This document shows positions 19,887 through 31,343 of a DNA stretch of 64,000 bases, piece by piece; the stretch's first letter is position 1, and each line of letters opens with the position of its first letter. The translations under genes and the position numbers were made by a program. The notes beneath the pieces were generated by a model. It did no database searches. It was not told where the DNA came from and saw only the letters and a program-made list of their open reading frames with translations. The stretch comes from an uncultured cyanobacterium (GTDB lineage: Bacteria; Cyanobacteriota; Cyanobacteriia; Cyanobacteriales; CAWCAG01): the NCBI GenBank assembly GCA_963793425.1, contig CAWCAG010000001.1, positions 1 through 64,000 of the forward strand, given 5' to 3'.

Positions 19887-20099
19887 ATGTTCATTAGTGA
19901 ATTAGTACCTATTGCCAAAGAAATAGCTCAACAACCTCTTGCTTTTATGGGTGGTTTGTTTTCTGGCGTATTCAAACTAGATATTTCTGAAGATCCCCTC
20001 AAAAGTTGGCTAGAAAATCAAGGAGTCTCTACCCATAGCACCAGTCTAAACAAAATAGTCAACACAGAAGAAGGTCCCCAATCTATTTCTATAGAATAA
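19887..20099 (+). CDS. Conserved small cyanobacterial hypothetical protein
   Basis: QQPLAFMGGLFSG..L....DP..SWL and GPQSISIE C-terminus; AGGAG before the ATG at 19887. Confidence 0.7.
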   Translation: MFISELVPIAKEIAQQPLAFMGGLFSGVFKLDISEDPLKSWLENQGVSTHSTSLNKIVNTEEGPQSISIE

Positions 20100-20267
20100 A
20101 TCATTGATAACTGTAGGGCTTGCCCTTGTCGAAGACATCACTGATAATCAATCATTGACAACCTGAAGCTAGTCTAAAGTTACCAAGCAAATTAGCAATA
20201 CATCCTTAATATGTAGATAGACCAAGCAAGTCAAACTCAGCGTTACTCGACAGGAGGATTGATATAT

Positions 20268-21329
20268 ATGGCCAATCAGGAACAGCCTGGTACTCAAGAG
20301 TACGCTTTAGATAGGGACTGCACTACCTTATCTCGTCATGTCCTACAGCAGCTTCAAGGGTTTTCGTCAGAAGCTCAGGATATCAGCGCTATTATGAACC
20401 GCATTGCTCTAGCTAGTAAACTTGTTTCTCGGCGCTTGAGCAAAGCAGGTTTAATGGCTGGGGCATTAGGATTTACTGGCGAGATTAATGTGCAAGGGGA
20501 ATCCGTCAAAAAGATGGATATTTACGCCAACGATGTCTTTATCTCTGCTTTTAAGCAAAGCGGCCTTGTTTGTCGCCTAGCTTCTGAGGAGATGGAAAAA
20601 CCCTATTATATCCCCGAAAACTGTCCTATCGGTCGTTATACTCTGCTCTACGACCCCATTGATGGTTCTTCTAATGTGGATATTAACCTTAATGTTGGCT
20701 CCATATTTGCCGTCCGACAACAAGAAGGTGATGATCTAGACGGCGACGCCAAAGATTTATTACAAAAAGGAAACAAGCAAATTGCAGCGGGATATGTGCT
20801 TTATGGCCCAAGTACCATTTTGGTTTATTCCATCGGTCATGGGGTTCACTCCTTCATCCTTGATCCTAGCTTGGGGGAATTTATCCTGGCTCAGGAAAAC
20901 ATTAAAGTTCCCCAACATGGGCCAGTTTACAGTGTTAATGAAGGAAATTACTGGCAGTGGGACGAGTCGATTCGGGAATATATCCGTTATGTCCACCGCC
21001 ACGAAGGATATACTTCTCGCTACAGTGGTGCATTAGTGGGGGATTTTCACCGTATTCTTCTCCAGGGTGGAGTTTTCTTATATCCAGGTACTATCAAAAA
21101 TCCCCATGGTAAGCTGCGGCTTCTTTATGAGTCTGCACCTTTAGCCTTTTTGATTGAACAAGCAGGAGGCAAAGCGAGTACGGGAACTCAAGGAATTTTG
21201 GATGTTGTACCAGAACAACTACACGCTAGGACACCTTTGGTAATCGGTAGTACGGAAGATGTCAACTTAGTAGAATCTTTTATCCAAGATTATGTGAGGA
21301 GAGTGTCCGATGAAACAGTTAGTGTCTGA
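20268..21329 (+). CDS. fbp: Class 1 fructose-1,6-bisphosphatase
   Basis: [28 protein letters not shown]; first gene of the fbp-tal-zwf-opcA cluster. Confidence 0.96.
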   Translation: MANQEQPGTQEYALDRDCTTLSRHVLQQLQGFSSEAQDISAIMNRIALASKLVSRRLSKAGLMAGALGFTGEINVQGESVKKMDIYANDVFISAFKQSGLVCRLASEEMEKPYYIPENCPIGRYTLLYDPIDGSSNVDINLNVGSIFAVRQQEGDDLDGDAKDLLQKGNKQIAAGYVLYGPSTILVYSIGHGVHSFILDPSLGEFILAQENIKVPQHGPVYSVNEGNYWQWDESIREYIRYVHRHEGYTSRYSGALVGDFHRILLQGGVFLYPGTIKNPHGKLRLLYESAPLAFLIEQAGGKASTGTQGILDVVPEQLHARTPLVIGSTEDVNLVESFIQDYVRRVSDETVSV

Positions 21330-21435
21330 GGAAAAAGTTATGGTAGTTATTGCCTGAAAACATTTACCTCTTAAGACAGATGCAGACTTCTGACAAATCA
21401 AAAAATTAGACTTTAAAATAACCACAGGAGAAATT

Positions 21436-22587
21436 ATGACAGCCACAGCTAAAAATCCCATTTTTGAAATTGACCAAAAATACGGTCAAAGTATCTGGAT
21501 GGATAACTTAAGCCGGGATATTATCGAGTCTGGTGAATTGAAGGAGATGATTACCGGTCTTGGAATTCATGGAATCACTTCTAACCCCGCTATTTTTGAA
21601 AAGGCGATCGCCGGTAACAAAGTTTATGATGCTGATATCGCTAAGGGCATTGAGGCGGGCAAATCGACAACAGAAATTTATGAGTCTTTGGTTTTTGAGG
21701 ATATTTGTAATGCTTGCGATATTTTCAAAGGGGTATACGAAGAAACCGACGGTTTAGATGGCTATGTGAGTATTGAAGTTCCCCCCAATTTAGCCAAGGA
21801 TACTGAAACCACGATTAAAGAGGCGGTTCGCTACTACGAAGCCCTCGGTCGGGAAAATGTCATGATTAAGATTCCTGGCACTTCCGAAGGCTTGCCAGCA
21901 GTAGAAGAGGTGATTAGCAAAGGCATCAATGTTAATGTCACTCTCCTATTCTCCGTAGACAGTTATGTAGACACAGCTTGGGCTTATATCAAAGGTTTGG
22001 AAAAACGAGCTGAAGCAGGGGAAGATATTAGTAATATTGCTTCTGTAGCTAGCTTCTTCCTCAGCCGCATCGATAGTAATATTGATGGCCGTCTTGATGC
22101 CAAGCTTAAAGGGGTAGATCGTTTAGAGAAAAAAGCGAAGCTCGAAGAACTCAAAGGTAAAATTGCGATCGCCAATGCTAAAGTTGCTTACCAGAAATAT
22201 AAAGAGATTTTTGGTAGTGAACGTTGGAAAGCATTAGAAGCCAAAGGAGCAAAGGTGCAGCGTCTACTCTGGGCAAGTACCAGCACCAAAAATCCAGAAT
22301 ACAGCGATGTTATGTACGTAGATGAGTTAGTAGGGCCAGATACTGTGAATACTCTCCCTCCTAATACCATTGAAGCCTGTGCTGATCATTGCGATCCCTT
22401 CAGCCGTATTGAAACCGATGTTGACAAGGCTTACCAAACCATCGAAGGTTTAAAAGATCCTGATGTTGACATCAACCTTGATGAAGTAATGGCTGAACTT
22501 CTTGATGAAGGCATCGATAAATTCATTAAACCCTTCGACTCTTTAATGGACTCCCTAGACTCCAAAGTTAAGCAAATAGCCGCTTAA
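21436..22587 (+). CDS. tal: Transaldolase
   Basis: GITSNPAIF, MIKIP, NVTLLFS, LWASTSTK. Confidence 0.96.
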   Translation: MTATAKNPIFEIDQKYGQSIWMDNLSRDIIESGELKEMITGLGIHGITSNPAIFEKAIAGNKVYDADIAKGIEAGKSTTEIYESLVFEDICNACDIFKGVYEETDGLDGYVSIEVPPNLAKDTETTIKEAVRYYEALGRENVMIKIPGTSEGLPAVEEVISKGINVNVTLLFSVDSYVDTAWAYIKGLEKRAEAGEDISNIASVASFFLSRIDSNIDGRLDAKLKGVDRLEKKAKLEELKGKIAIANAKVAYQKYKEIFGSERWKALEAKGAKVQRLLWASTSTKNPEYSDVMYVDELVGPDTVNTLPPNTIEACADHCDPFSRIETDVDKAYQTIEGLKDPDVDINLDEVMAELLDEGIDKFIKPFDSLMDSLDSKVKQIAA

Positions 22588-22596
22588 ATTTACACC

Positions 22597-22654
22597 GGGC
22601 GACCCAATAAGACTACAGTAATTTCTGACATACCAGAAAATGGGTCGCCTCTAC
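22597..22654 (-). repeat. GTAG-type REP-like hairpin in the tal-zwf spacer
   Basis: Minus strand GTAGAGGCGACCCA...TGGGTCGCCC. Confidence 0.5.
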
Positions 22655-22734
22655 CTACAAAGCAGTCTTACTGATAACTAACTGTACGGCGTAGCCGTTG
22701 CCGCAGGCTAAATTGACAACTGATAACTGAACAA

Positions 22735-24264
22735 ATGGTTACTCTCCAAGAAAATCCCCTTCGAGTCGGACTGCGCCAAGAACGTTCTCCAGAACCATTA
22801 ATTATGGTTATTTTTGGTGCTTCTGGCGACCTTAACCAGCGCAAATTAGTTCCGGCAATATACAAACATAAATTAGAGCGAAGATTACCCCCAGAATTTA
22901 CCATCGTTGGTGTCGCCCGTAGAGATTGGAGCCATGATTATTTTCGCCAGCAAATGCGCGAAGGTATTGAAGAATTCTCCGATGGTATTCAATCAGAGGA
23001 AGTTTGGGAAGACTTTGCTCAAGGTTTATTTTACTGTTCCGGTAACATGGACGAACCGGAAAGCTATGAAAAATTGAAAGCTTTCTTAGCAGAATTGGAT
23101 GGTAAAAGGGGAACCCAAGGTAATCGAGTTTTTTATCTTTCGGTTTCCCCTAACTTTTTTGTTCCCGCCATCAAAAACCTTGGTGCAGCAGGGATGTTGG
23201 AAGATCCTGCCCATCATCGCCTGGTTATTGAAAAGCCCTTCGGTAAAAATTTAACCTCTGCTCAAAACCTCAACAAAGTAGTCCAAGATGTTTGTCGAGA
23301 AGAACAAGTTTATCGTATCGACCACTACTTGGGTAAAGAAACAGTCCAAAACCTCTTGGTATTTCGTTTTGCCAACGCCATTTTTGAACCGTTGTGGAAT
23401 CGGCAATTTGTCGATCATGTGCAGATCACTGTTGCAGAAACCGTTGGTGTAGAAGAAAGGGCCGGTTACTACGATACCTCCGGGGCCTTGCGGGATATGA
23501 TCCAAAATCACCTGCTTCAGCTTTTCGCCCTGACAGCCATGGAACCTCCTAATGGTTTAAACGCCGATAGCATTCGTAACGAAAAAGTTAAAGCCCTGCA
23601 AGCCGCTCACCTAGCTGATATAAATAACCTGGATCGTTCTGCTATTCGTGGTCAATATTCTCAAGGTTGGATGAAAGGTAAACCTGTACCCGGATATAGA
23701 GAAGAGTCAGGAGTTAACCCAGAATCAACTACGCCAACCTTTGTGGCGATGAAACTTTTGGTAGATAACTGGCGTTGGAAGGGAGTACCTTTTTATCTCC
23801 GTACAGGTAAGAGGTTGCCGAAGAAAGTCTCGGAAATTTCCATCCATTTCAAAGAAGTTCCCTTACTGATTTTCCAATCGGCCGCTAGGCAAGTAAGCCC
23901 TAATGTTCTGGCTATGCGTATTCAACCAAATGAAGGCATATCCTTACGCTTTGAAGCGAAAATGCCTGGTACAGAATTACGTAGTCGTTCTGTAGATATG
24001 GACTTTAACTACGGTTCCTCCTTTGGTATGGCAACGGCTGATGCTTATAACCGCCTCCTCCTCGACTGTATGTTAGGAGATCAAACCCTCTTCACCCGTG
24101 CCGATGAAGTAGAAGAAGCTTGGCGAGTAGTTACCCCAGCCTTAGCTGCTTGGGATGCCCCCGCCGATCCTACCACCGTTCCCCAATACGAAGCAGGTAC
24201 TTGGGAACCCACAGAAGCAGAATTCCTCATCAACCGCGACGGCAGAAGTTGGCGACGGTTGTAA
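22735..24264 (+). CDS. zwf: Glucose-6-phosphate 1-dehydrogenase
   Basis: [20 protein letters not shown]. Confidence 0.97.
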   Translation: MVTLQENPLRVGLRQERSPEPLIMVIFGASGDLNQRKLVPAIYKHKLERRLPPEFTIVGVARRDWSHDYFRQQMREGIEEFSDGIQSEEVWEDFAQGLFYCSGNMDEPESYEKLKAFLAELDGKRGTQGNRVFYLSVSPNFFVPAIKNLGAAGMLEDPAHHRLVIEKPFGKNLTSAQNLNKVVQDVCREEQVYRIDHYLGKETVQNLLVFRFANAIFEPLWNRQFVDHVQITVAETVGVEERAGYYDTSGALRDMIQNHLLQLFALTAMEPPNGLNADSIRNEKVKALQAAHLADINNLDRSAIRGQYSQGWMKGKPVPGYREESGVNPESTTPTFVAMKLLVDNWRWKGVPFYLRTGKRLPKKVSEISIHFKEVPLLIFQSAARQVSPNVLAMRIQPNEGISLRFEAKMPGTELRSRSVDMDFNYGSSFGMATADAYNRLLLDCMLGDQTLFTRADEVEEAWRVVTPALAAWDAPADPTTVPQYEAGTWEPTEAEFLINRDGRSWRRL

Positions 24265-24379
24265 CAACTAAAAATTCATGGCTAGGGTGTGAAACACCAT
24301 CACCAACTCACATAAAATCGTGGGTATTGCACGGAGGCGTTTTTTTCACACACAGCAAAAGTAATAGTATCTAATTAAA

Positions 24380-24409
24380 CTTATTACTTATTACTTATTA
24401 CTTGTTACT
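24380..24409. repeat. Heptamer tandem repeat (CTTATTA)n, STRR-like
   Basis: CTTATTA x3 plus CTTGTTA. Confidence 0.85.
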
Positions 24410-24453
24410 TTTGACCTAGCCCTGCTCCCCACTCCCTACTCCCTTAGAAAAAA

Positions 24454-25824
24454 ATGGTACTTACAAAATCAGCCCCGATTGTTTCTCTCCAAACTCCTAA
24501 AGATGTCTCCATTGATGACATCGAATCAGAATTGCAAGAAATTTGGCAAAATTATGGTGGCGAAGATGGCTCTGCTACTAGGGCAACTACCTTTAGTTTT
24601 ATAGTTTATGAACCAGATGGAACCCAACAGCTATTAGCTGCCTTGGGGTTTTATCAAGGTGCAATTGATGGCATTGCTGGGCCTCGGACTGCTGCGGCGA
24701 TTAAGGCAGCACAGAAAAAATATCAATTAGAGGTTACGGGCAAATCTCATGCCGATTTCTTAAAGAGATTGGAAGAAGAATTTGCCAAAGCCAAAGAACA
24801 AGATCAATTAACCTCAGAAAACGAAACAGCAGCGATTAAATATTCCCCGGATTTAGAAGGGGCTGGGATTGCTGATGCGATCGCCGTTTCTAACCCTTGT
24901 CGGATTATTACCCTTTGCCCCATTGCTGGGGAAGATCAAGGGGTAGAAGCCCAAGTTTCTGCCTATTGTCCTATTCAGAAACGGAATAAAAACTCTTCTC
25001 TGATTTGCTGCGAATATATTACTCTACGGGGTACAGCAGAGGCCCTTGAACGCATTGGCGGAGTTATCTCTGCTTTGTTGATTAGCGGTTTGCCAAAATA
25101 TATTTGGTGGAAAGCTACCCCTGATCCTGAATATGGCTTATTTAAGCGCTTAACAGGAAGTAGCGACACCATCATTTTTGACTCTAGTAGTTTTATGTCT
25201 CCCGAAGCTGACTTAACTAAAGTTGGCCAACTATTGGAACAAAAAAATATCGTTGCTGACTTAAACTGGGGTAGATTAGCAGCATGGCAAGAACTAGCAG
25301 CAGAAGCTTTCGATCCTCCAGAAAGAAGAGCGGATATTAAGAAAGTTGACCGTGTTACCATCGATTATGAAAAAGGCAACCAGTCTCAAGCTTTGATGTA
25401 TTTGGGTTGGTTAGCAAGTCGTCTGAAATGGCAGCCTGTTTCTTTTGTTAAAGAAGGAGGAGACTATGATATTCGGCGCATCAAATTTACTACTGATGAA
25501 CAAGTCACCATAGAGGCAGAATTAGCCGGTATTCCCACCGCCGATTGGGGAGATGTACCTGGAGATTTAACTAGTTTGCGCCTTACTTCTACTGATTTAG
25601 ATGCTGATTGTTGCACTGTTTTGTGTTCAGAAACTACAGGCTGTATGCGAATGGAATCTGGCGGTGGCGCACAATCTTGTCGTATTCAGCAAGTAACTCC
25701 TTTATTTGACCAGAAAACCGAGGATTTGTTATCTGGGCAACTTCAACGTTGGGGACAAGATACCCTTTATCAAGAAAGTATGGAAGTAACTTACAAAATT
25801 CTTCAATTGCTTAAGGAAAATTAG
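24454..25824 (+). CDS. opcA: G6PDH allosteric effector/assembly protein OpcA
   Basis: Directly after zwf; RATTF, peptidoglycan-binding-like IDGIAGPRT segment, CCEYI, DLNWGRL. Confidence 0.93.
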   Translation: MVLTKSAPIVSLQTPKDVSIDDIESELQEIWQNYGGEDGSATRATTFSFIVYEPDGTQQLLAALGFYQGAIDGIAGPRTAAAIKAAQKKYQLEVTGKSHADFLKRLEEEFAKAKEQDQLTSENETAAIKYSPDLEGAGIADAIAVSNPCRIITLCPIAGEDQGVEAQVSAYCPIQKRNKNSSLICCEYITLRGTAEALERIGGVISALLISGLPKYIWWKATPDPEYGLFKRLTGSSDTIIFDSSSFMSPEADLTKVGQLLEQKNIVADLNWGRLAAWQELAAEAFDPPERRADIKKVDRVTIDYEKGNQSQALMYLGWLASRLKWQPVSFVKEGGDYDIRRIKFTTDEQVTIEAELAGIPTADWGDVPGDLTSLRLTSTDLDADCCTVLCSETTGCMRMESGGGAQSCRIQQVTPLFDQKTEDLLSGQLQRWGQDTLYQESMEVTYKILQLLKEN

Positions 25825-25856
25825 AAAGCTATTTTGTCGTTAACTTCATTTAATCA

Positions 25857-25885
25857 ACCCGGATTATTCTTAATCTGGGTTTTTG
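25857..25885 (+). terminator. Terminator after opcA
   Basis: ACCCGGATTA-TTCT-TAATCTGGGT-TTTT. Confidence 0.7.
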
Positions 25886-25915
25886 CTCAAATCCCCATTA
25901 ATTTTGCCATCCTGC

Positions 25916-26896
25916 TTAATGAGAAAAAGTAGTAAGGCGCGATCGCAAGTGAATTTCTCCTGTGGCAATAGCTAATATCGTAATAAGCAAACTCAACCAA
26001 CTACCGAAGCTATTGAGAGTTGCGATCGCTAAAGCAATGATGCCAGTAAAGGTTAAATAAATTAAAGCAACCTGGCCATGAGAGTAACCAGATTGTTGGA
26101 GACGCTGGTAAATATGGCTGCGGTGTCCTTGAAAGATATTTTCTCGACGTAGCAGGCGACAGCATATGGTATAAATAGCATCTCCAGTGAGAGGCAGGGT
26201 AATAGCTAAAGCTGTCCAAGCTTGGGAAGGATTTGCGGCATTGAGGAAGGCGATTCCAATAGTTGCCCCCAAAAAGGTGCTACCTACATCCCCCATAAAG
26301 ATTTTAGCGGGCGACCAATTCCAGTAGAGGAAACCAGTAATTGACCCCACTAGGAGCAAGAAAACAGGTTGCTGGAGATAGAAAGCCAAGAAGGTAAGTT
26401 GCATAATGCTAACGCTAGCTACCAAGCCGTCTAAGCCATCCATGAAGTTGTAGAAGTTAATCAGGGCAGTCATACCAAAAATTGTGAGGGCGATCGCAAC
26501 TATTTCTCCCCCCATACCAAAATACTCCAACCTAGGAATAGTCATAAAACCAAGACTAGCTACTGCCATACCTGCTGCACTTAGTTGAACAATATATCTA
26601 ACTAACGCAGGAACATTACCGCGATCATCAAGAAAGCCAACAACGGCAATAGGAGTGAGAATAAGCCAAAGAGTAACAAGATTAGCTAAATCCAGGGTAA
26701 AAGAAGCGATTACGCTGGTTATAGCAAAAGCAACAATAAACCCTAAACCACCACCTCTGGGGGTCGGTTGAGTATGAGAACTGCGATGGTTGGGAATGTC
26801 AAGAAATTGGCTTTGAAAACCCTGGCGAAATAAGGCAGTTAGCGCGATCGCAATGCCAAAACTTAGAAATATCAGGGCAACTAAAACTTTACTCAT
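25916..26896 (-). CDS. MraY/WecA/WbpL-like polyprenyl-phosphate sugar-1-phosphate transferase
   Basis: DIPNHRSSH..PTPRGGG, GFLDD, NFMDGLDG, IFMGDVGS. Confidence 0.92.
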   Translation of the reverse strand: MSKVLVALIFLSFGIAIALTALFRQGFQSQFLDIPNHRSSHTQPTPRGGGLGFIVAFAITSVIASFTLDLANLVTLWLILTPIAVVGFLDDRGNVPALVRYIVQLSAAGMAVASLGFMTIPRLEYFGMGGEIVAIALTIFGMTALINFYNFMDGLDGLVASVSIMQLTFLAFYLQQPVFLLLVGSITGFLYWNWSPAKIFMGDVGSTFLGATIGIAFLNAANPSQAWTALAITLPLTGDAIYTICCRLLRRENIFQGHRSHIYQRLQQSGYSHGQVALIYLTFTGIIALAIATLNSFGSWLSLLITILAIATGEIHLRSRLTTFSH

Positions 26897-26932
26897 CTAA
26901 AATGTCTTCTTGTGACAATTGTAGGGGGTATA

Positions 26933-27574
26933 TTAAATGCTATCAGGATCAACCCCTAAAGCTCTTAATTGAGAGGCTAATCGCTCTGCTCTTTGGTATT
27001 CCTGTTCAGCCCGTTGCTCTAACTCTAAGGAAGTAAGAAACTTGCATCCATCTGGGCGATAAATCTCTAAAGATTCTTCAGTTAGGACAAAGGTAATTCC
27101 TAGTTTAGGGCTAGTCCAATTGTTCATCTCTTCAATCACACTTAGCCTCTCTTCAAGATAATGTAGCCCATGTAAATCGTTGCGTTGTGGATCATAAATA
27201 TAATATTCTTTTACCCCATAGCGCTCATAAAAGTGTAATTTCTTGGTCATTTCTTTGAGGGTATTTCCTGGGGAAATAATTTCAAACACAACTTGAGGAG
27301 CAATATTATTTTCTTCCCACTGTTTATAAGAGCCGCGTTCGCCTCTTGGTCTATTAAAGGCTACCATTACATCAGGAGCAACACGTATTTTGGGCTGACC
27401 TTTCACTGGATACCAAAGTAAATCCCCTGCTACAAAAACTTGAGGATTATCTGCAAATAGCAGGTCTAAGTTCTCTTTAATTAGGACAATCCAACGAAAT
27501 TGTTGAGTATTATCTGCCATTGGTTGGCCATCACTATCAGGATAAACAAGATCACGGTCAAGAGAGAGAGTCAT
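26933..27574 (-). CDS. Uma2 family endonuclease
   Basis: YPDSDGQPMADNT, APDVMVAF, PQVVFEIISP; close paralog of 29176..29880. Confidence 0.9.
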   Translation of the reverse strand: MTLSLDRDLVYPDSDGQPMADNTQQFRWIVLIKENLDLLFADNPQVFVAGDLLWYPVKGQPKIRVAPDVMVAFNRPRGERGSYKQWEENNIAPQVVFEIISPGNTLKEMTKKLHFYERYGVKEYYIYDPQRNDLHGLHYLEERLSVIEEMNNWTSPKLGITFVLTEESLEIYRPDGCKFLTSLELEQRAEQEYQRAERLASQLRALGVDPDSI

Positions 27575-27674
27575 AGCAATTTATAATTTCACAATTTTCT
27601 GTTTCTAATTTGCCAAGGGAGTAGATAAGGATTAACAGCAGAAGTATAAACACAACAAAAAGAAGCTCGATTAC

Positions 27675-28121
27675 TCAATCTGAGGCATCATTGTCAGTTG
27701 TAGGCGAAATCAAAGTGAAAGCTTGCTCAATAACAGCTTTTCGGTCAACCATTTTTTCTAAAGTAGCCGTATCGTAAATTCCTTCTTCCACTTCTAAAGA
27801 GGCACAATCAATGGCCATCGGATAAGCAACTTCTAGAATCTGGTATAACTCTTCTCCTTTTAGGTAATAACCTCCGGCTTTGCGACGTTTGTTTTTTTCT
27901 TGGATTTCCCTAGTGCTGTTGCGGATGGAGACATCCCAAGAACGGGTTGTACGGTTTTCGGCTTGTTGTTTAATTAAATGGAGGAGCAAGATTTTTGCGT
28001 AACTGCGAATATTATTGATTTTGTCATCACGACTCATTTCTTCGAGTTCTTCTACAATAACTAATGCCCCAGAGATGTCGCCGTCTAACAATAAGCTTTT
28101 GAGTTCGAGGAGTTCTTCCAT
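27675..28121 (-). CDS. DUF29 family protein
   Basis: EELEEMSR...LLLHLIK.Q....SW..SI.N. Confidence 0.85.
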   Translation of the reverse strand: MEELLELKSLLLDGDISGALVIVEELEEMSRDDKINNIRSYAKILLLHLIKQQAENRTTRSWDVSIRNSTREIQEKNKRRKAGGYYLKGEELYQILEVAYPMAIDCASLEVEEGIYDTATLEKMVDRKAVIEQAFTLISPTTDNDASD

Positions 28122-28251
28122 AATTGATACCTCAGATTAGGTACTTCTTTATTTTAGGGGCATTTAAACATCAGCTATTTAATCTAATAGATAATGATAG
28201 TGGTTAAAAGAAAAGGTTGTAGGAGAAGTAACAAGCTTAAGGAGGTTAAGT

Positions 28252-28566
28252 ATGGCTACTAGCTTTCAAAATTGGAACCAAGTTGCGCCTTTACAGGTGA
28301 AATTTACTCTCTCAGTTAACAATATTCCTAAGTCAGTACAAGAAGTTGCTCTAGCTAGAGCAAAAGAAGCGTATATAATAGCTTTGTTAAAAGCTGGCGA
28401 GATTAGTAGTGGTAAAGCAGCAAGTTTGCTAAATATTCCTCGTACTGAGGTAATTGAATCTATGGGCAAATGGGGAATTTCTTTATTTGACGATTCTTTA
28501 GATATTGAAGATTTAGCACGGGAAGTCAAGCAGGCAAATATCTCATTGGATGATGATTCTGCATGA
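28252..28566 (+). CDS. UPF0175 family putative antitoxin
   Basis: GEISSGKAASLL motif; ATGA overlap with the PIN gene. Confidence 0.85.
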   Translation: MATSFQNWNQVAPLQVKFTLSVNNIPKSVQEVALARAKEAYIIALLKAGEISSGKAASLLNIPRTEVIESMGKWGISLFDDSLDIEDLAREVKQANISLDDDSA

Positions 28567-29051
28567 TTGTTGTGTCTGATACTACTCCAATCAGTGAGCT
28601 AACAAAAGTAGGACATCTAAACTTGCTTCACGATTTGTTTGGACAAGTTGTGATTACAAAAGAGGTTTATTCTGAACTGACCACAGGTAATCATCCTGCC
28701 ACAAGAATCGTACCACAAGTAAATTGGCTAGAAATTAGAGAAGTTGCTGATTCCCAGCAAATCAGAGTTTTGCAGTTACAATCTAATCTAGACCTGGGTG
28801 AAGTGTCTGCAATCATCTTAGCAGAGGAACTTGAAGCTGACCAATTGTTAATAGACGAAAGAGCAGCACGACAAGTTGCTTTGGCACGCCATTTACCTGT
28901 AATTGGTACAGTAGGCATTCTGATTTTGGCTAAGCAAAGAGGATTCCTTGAGAGTGTAAAGACTATTTTGGATGCAATGATAGGAAATGGAACAAGGATA
29001 GGAAAAAGTTTGTACGAGCAAGCAATCCTTTTAGCCCAAGAAAATGAGTGA
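28563..29051 (+). CDS. DUF3368 PIN-domain putative toxin
   Basis: IVVSDTTP, LDLGE, LIDERAAR, GTVGIL. Confidence 0.88.
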   Translation: MIVVSDTTPISELTKVGHLNLLHDLFGQVVITKEVYSELTTGNHPATRIVPQVNWLEIREVADSQQIRVLQLQSNLDLGEVSAIILAEELEADQLLIDERAARQVALARHLPVIGTVGILILAKQRGFLESVKTILDAMIGNGTRIGKSLYEQAILLAQENE

Positions 29052-29175
29052 TACCAAATCATTGTTGAGTTACACAAATTATATGATGGGGCAATCACTC
29101 CATCATTTCGGTTCCTAAACTAACTGCCCATCTTAATCCAATTGAAGAGTTGATTAGCAGTAAGTTTAATCATTA

Positions 29176-29880
29176 TTACTTACTATCAGGGTCAACTCCT
29201 AAAGCCTTCAATTGAGCAGCCAATCGTTCAGCCCTTTGGCGCTCTTGTTCGGCTCTTTGGCGCTCTTGTTCAGCCCTTTGGTATTCTTGCTCGGCTCTTT
29301 GATGTTCTTGTTCAGCTTTTTGCTCTAATTCCAAAGAAGTAAGAAACTTACCTCCATCGGGGCGATATATTTCTAAACTTTCTTCAGTTAACAGAAAACG
29401 AATCCCTAATTTAGGACTAGCCCAATTATTGGTTTCTTCAATGACATTGAGACTGCCTTCTGTGCGAAGTAAGCCATGAAAGTCATTACGTTGTGGGTCA
29501 TAAATATAATATTCTTCTACTCCATAGCGCTCATAAAAGTGTAGTTTTTTGGTCATTTCTTTAAGAGTGTTTCCAGGAGAGAGAATTTCAAAGACAACTT
29601 GAGGAGCAATATTGTTTTCTTCCCACTGTTTATAAGAACCTCGGTCGCCCTTGGGTCGATCAAAAGCTACCATAGCATCAGGGGCAGCCCTAATTTTCGG
29701 CTGACCTTCTACAGGATACCAAAGCAAATCCCCCGCGACAAAGACTTGAGGATTATCGGCAAATACCAACTCTAGGTTTTCTTTGATAAGAACTATCCAA
29801 CGAAATTGTAGAGTATTATCTGCCATTGGTTGGCCATCACTATCAGGATAAATAAGATCACGGTCAAGAGAGAGAGTCAT
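29176..29880 (-). CDS. Uma2 family endonuclease with expanded AEQExQR heptad tail
   Basis: Uma2 motifs; four 21-bp tandem units near the 3' end. Confidence 0.9.
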   Translation of the reverse strand: MTLSLDRDLIYPDSDGQPMADNTLQFRWIVLIKENLELVFADNPQVFVAGDLLWYPVEGQPKIRAAPDAMVAFDRPKGDRGSYKQWEENNIAPQVVFEILSPGNTLKEMTKKLHFYERYGVEEYYIYDPQRNDFHGLLRTEGSLNVIEETNNWASPKLGIRFLLTEESLEIYRPDGGKFLTSLELEQKAEQEHQRAEQEYQRAEQERQRAEQERQRAERLAAQLKALGVDPDSK

Positions 29881-29974
29881 AGGAGTTATGATTGCACTGT
29901 TCTTTGTTTTTAAGTTTAAGGGAAAAGGAATTAATCATTAATGCTCACATTGTTTGTGACAAGATAACTGTTTT

Positions 29975-30571
29975 CTATCGCAGCATTTCGTACAAAATAC
30001 CTATTATCTTATCAACTTGATTGACATAAACATTACTTAAGTCAATTTTAACTTGTTTATTTTCTAATCTTAAAAACTTCCAAATATCCCCAGTAGTAAC
30101 TGCACCATTAATAACTCGAATTTCTTGGCTTTCATTTTGATTAAATATTTGTGCTGCTACCATAGCGGCAATACATTGACCCAAACCCCCTTTGAGATTT
30201 TCATTTTTAGCTTCAACAATAATGGCCACAGGGGAATCAATGAATAATTGTTCGAGTGAGTCACTAATAATAAAATCACAATAGCCGCTTAACCCTCTTT
30301 TGTTATCCACATTAAACTCAGTCCCAGAAAAAAGGCTAACTTGATTATTCAACTTACGCCTAACTTCTAGTAAAATAGGCGTAATAATCATCTCAGAACG
30401 AGCTTTTTCAGTATTAATAGCCAAAGCTAAAGGGACTGTTTCGGCTAAAGTTACTTTTAGATAATCACTAATTTCTATCGGCTTAATTTCAGAAAATAAA
30501 TCAGGGTTTTCTGAAATTATTAAACATAGTTCCTTTTTAACTCGACTCAAATTAAAATCACTATAGACCAT
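29975..30571 (-). CDS. Conserved cyanobacterial putative PD-(D/E)XK-fold protein
   Basis: EKARSE..I.PIL, GYCDF, VEAK, GQCIAAM, GAVTTG..W.F; paralog of 51993..52601. Confidence 0.75.
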   Translation of the reverse strand: MVYSDFNLSRVKKELCLIISENPDLFSEIKPIEISDYLKVTLAETVPLALAINTEKARSEMIITPILLEVRRKLNNQVSLFSGTEFNVDNKRGLSGYCDFIISDSLEQLFIDSPVAIIVEAKNENLKGGLGQCIAAMVAAQIFNQNESQEIRVINGAVTTGDIWKFLRLENKQVKIDLSNVYVNQVDKIIGILYEMLR

Positions 30572-30640
30572 AATTTTACTTTAGTAGTGGCGTGGGTCAA
30601 GTCGGGCTTAAGGTATCACTTAACTATTTTTATTCATAAA

Positions 30641-31204
30641 CTAACCACCCATTTTCAGCCAGCTAAAGAGTTGATTAGCTGTGAGGTTGAGTTCAATTTC
30701 TTCTAATACTGGGAGGAGATCGTCGTTTTCTCGGAAGATGGGGGAGCGATCGCGCAAAAAAATCAATACGCTACAGTCATCAGGATCGAGAAACCAGCCT
30801 AATTTAGAGCCATTTTCCAGACAATACAAAATGTTGCTAATGACTTTGTTAGGTTTCTGTCCTGGAGAAAGAATCTCAATTACCCAATCGGGAGGAATCG
30901 TAAAGCGGTCTGGTACTTCTCCATCTGGTAGGAAAGGGATGTTTGACCAGAGGAAAACGGAAAGGTCGGGGACAATAGAGCGACTCCCAAAACTACATCG
31001 TAGCTCAGGAAAGGCATAGGCGATTTTGGCACTTTTTGTTACTTGATTGATTGCGTTACAGACTTCGTATTGTAAGCAACTATGTCTTCCTTTAGGCATG
31101 GGCTTTTGAATAACTTTTCCAGCAATAAATTCACTAGCAGGTTTGGTTTCTGGTAATTGGAGGAATTGTTCTAGGCTGAGGGGTTTTGCGGCAGCGATAG
31201 TCAT
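30641..31204 (-). CDS. Uma2 family endonuclease
   Basis: PETKPASE, IVPD, PDWVIEILSP. Confidence 0.9.
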   Translation of the reverse strand: MTIAAAKPLSLEQFLQLPETKPASEFIAGKVIQKPMPKGRHSCLQYEVCNAINQVTKSAKIAYAFPELRCSFGSRSIVPDLSVFLWSNIPFLPDGEVPDRFTIPPDWVIEILSPGQKPNKVISNILYCLENGSKLGWFLDPDDCSVLIFLRDRSPIFRENDDLLPVLEEIELNLTANQLFSWLKMGG

Positions 31205-31343
31205 GTCGAGAGGAAGCAGATTTAGTCGGTTGTTTCACATTGTAGTTGAGAAGTATGTTGGGGCTATAAAAGCTAACTAACTATCATTTCAATTAAACTA
31301 TATAGAACAGCAAGATAAGTGAACAACTAACTATTAACCACCC

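Larger units (their letters stand above)
27652..28902. repeat. 1.25-kb direct repeat, copy 1 (DUF29 + UPF0175 + PIN)
   Basis: Near-identical to 32189..33439 at a constant offset of 4537 bp. Confidence 0.95.
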
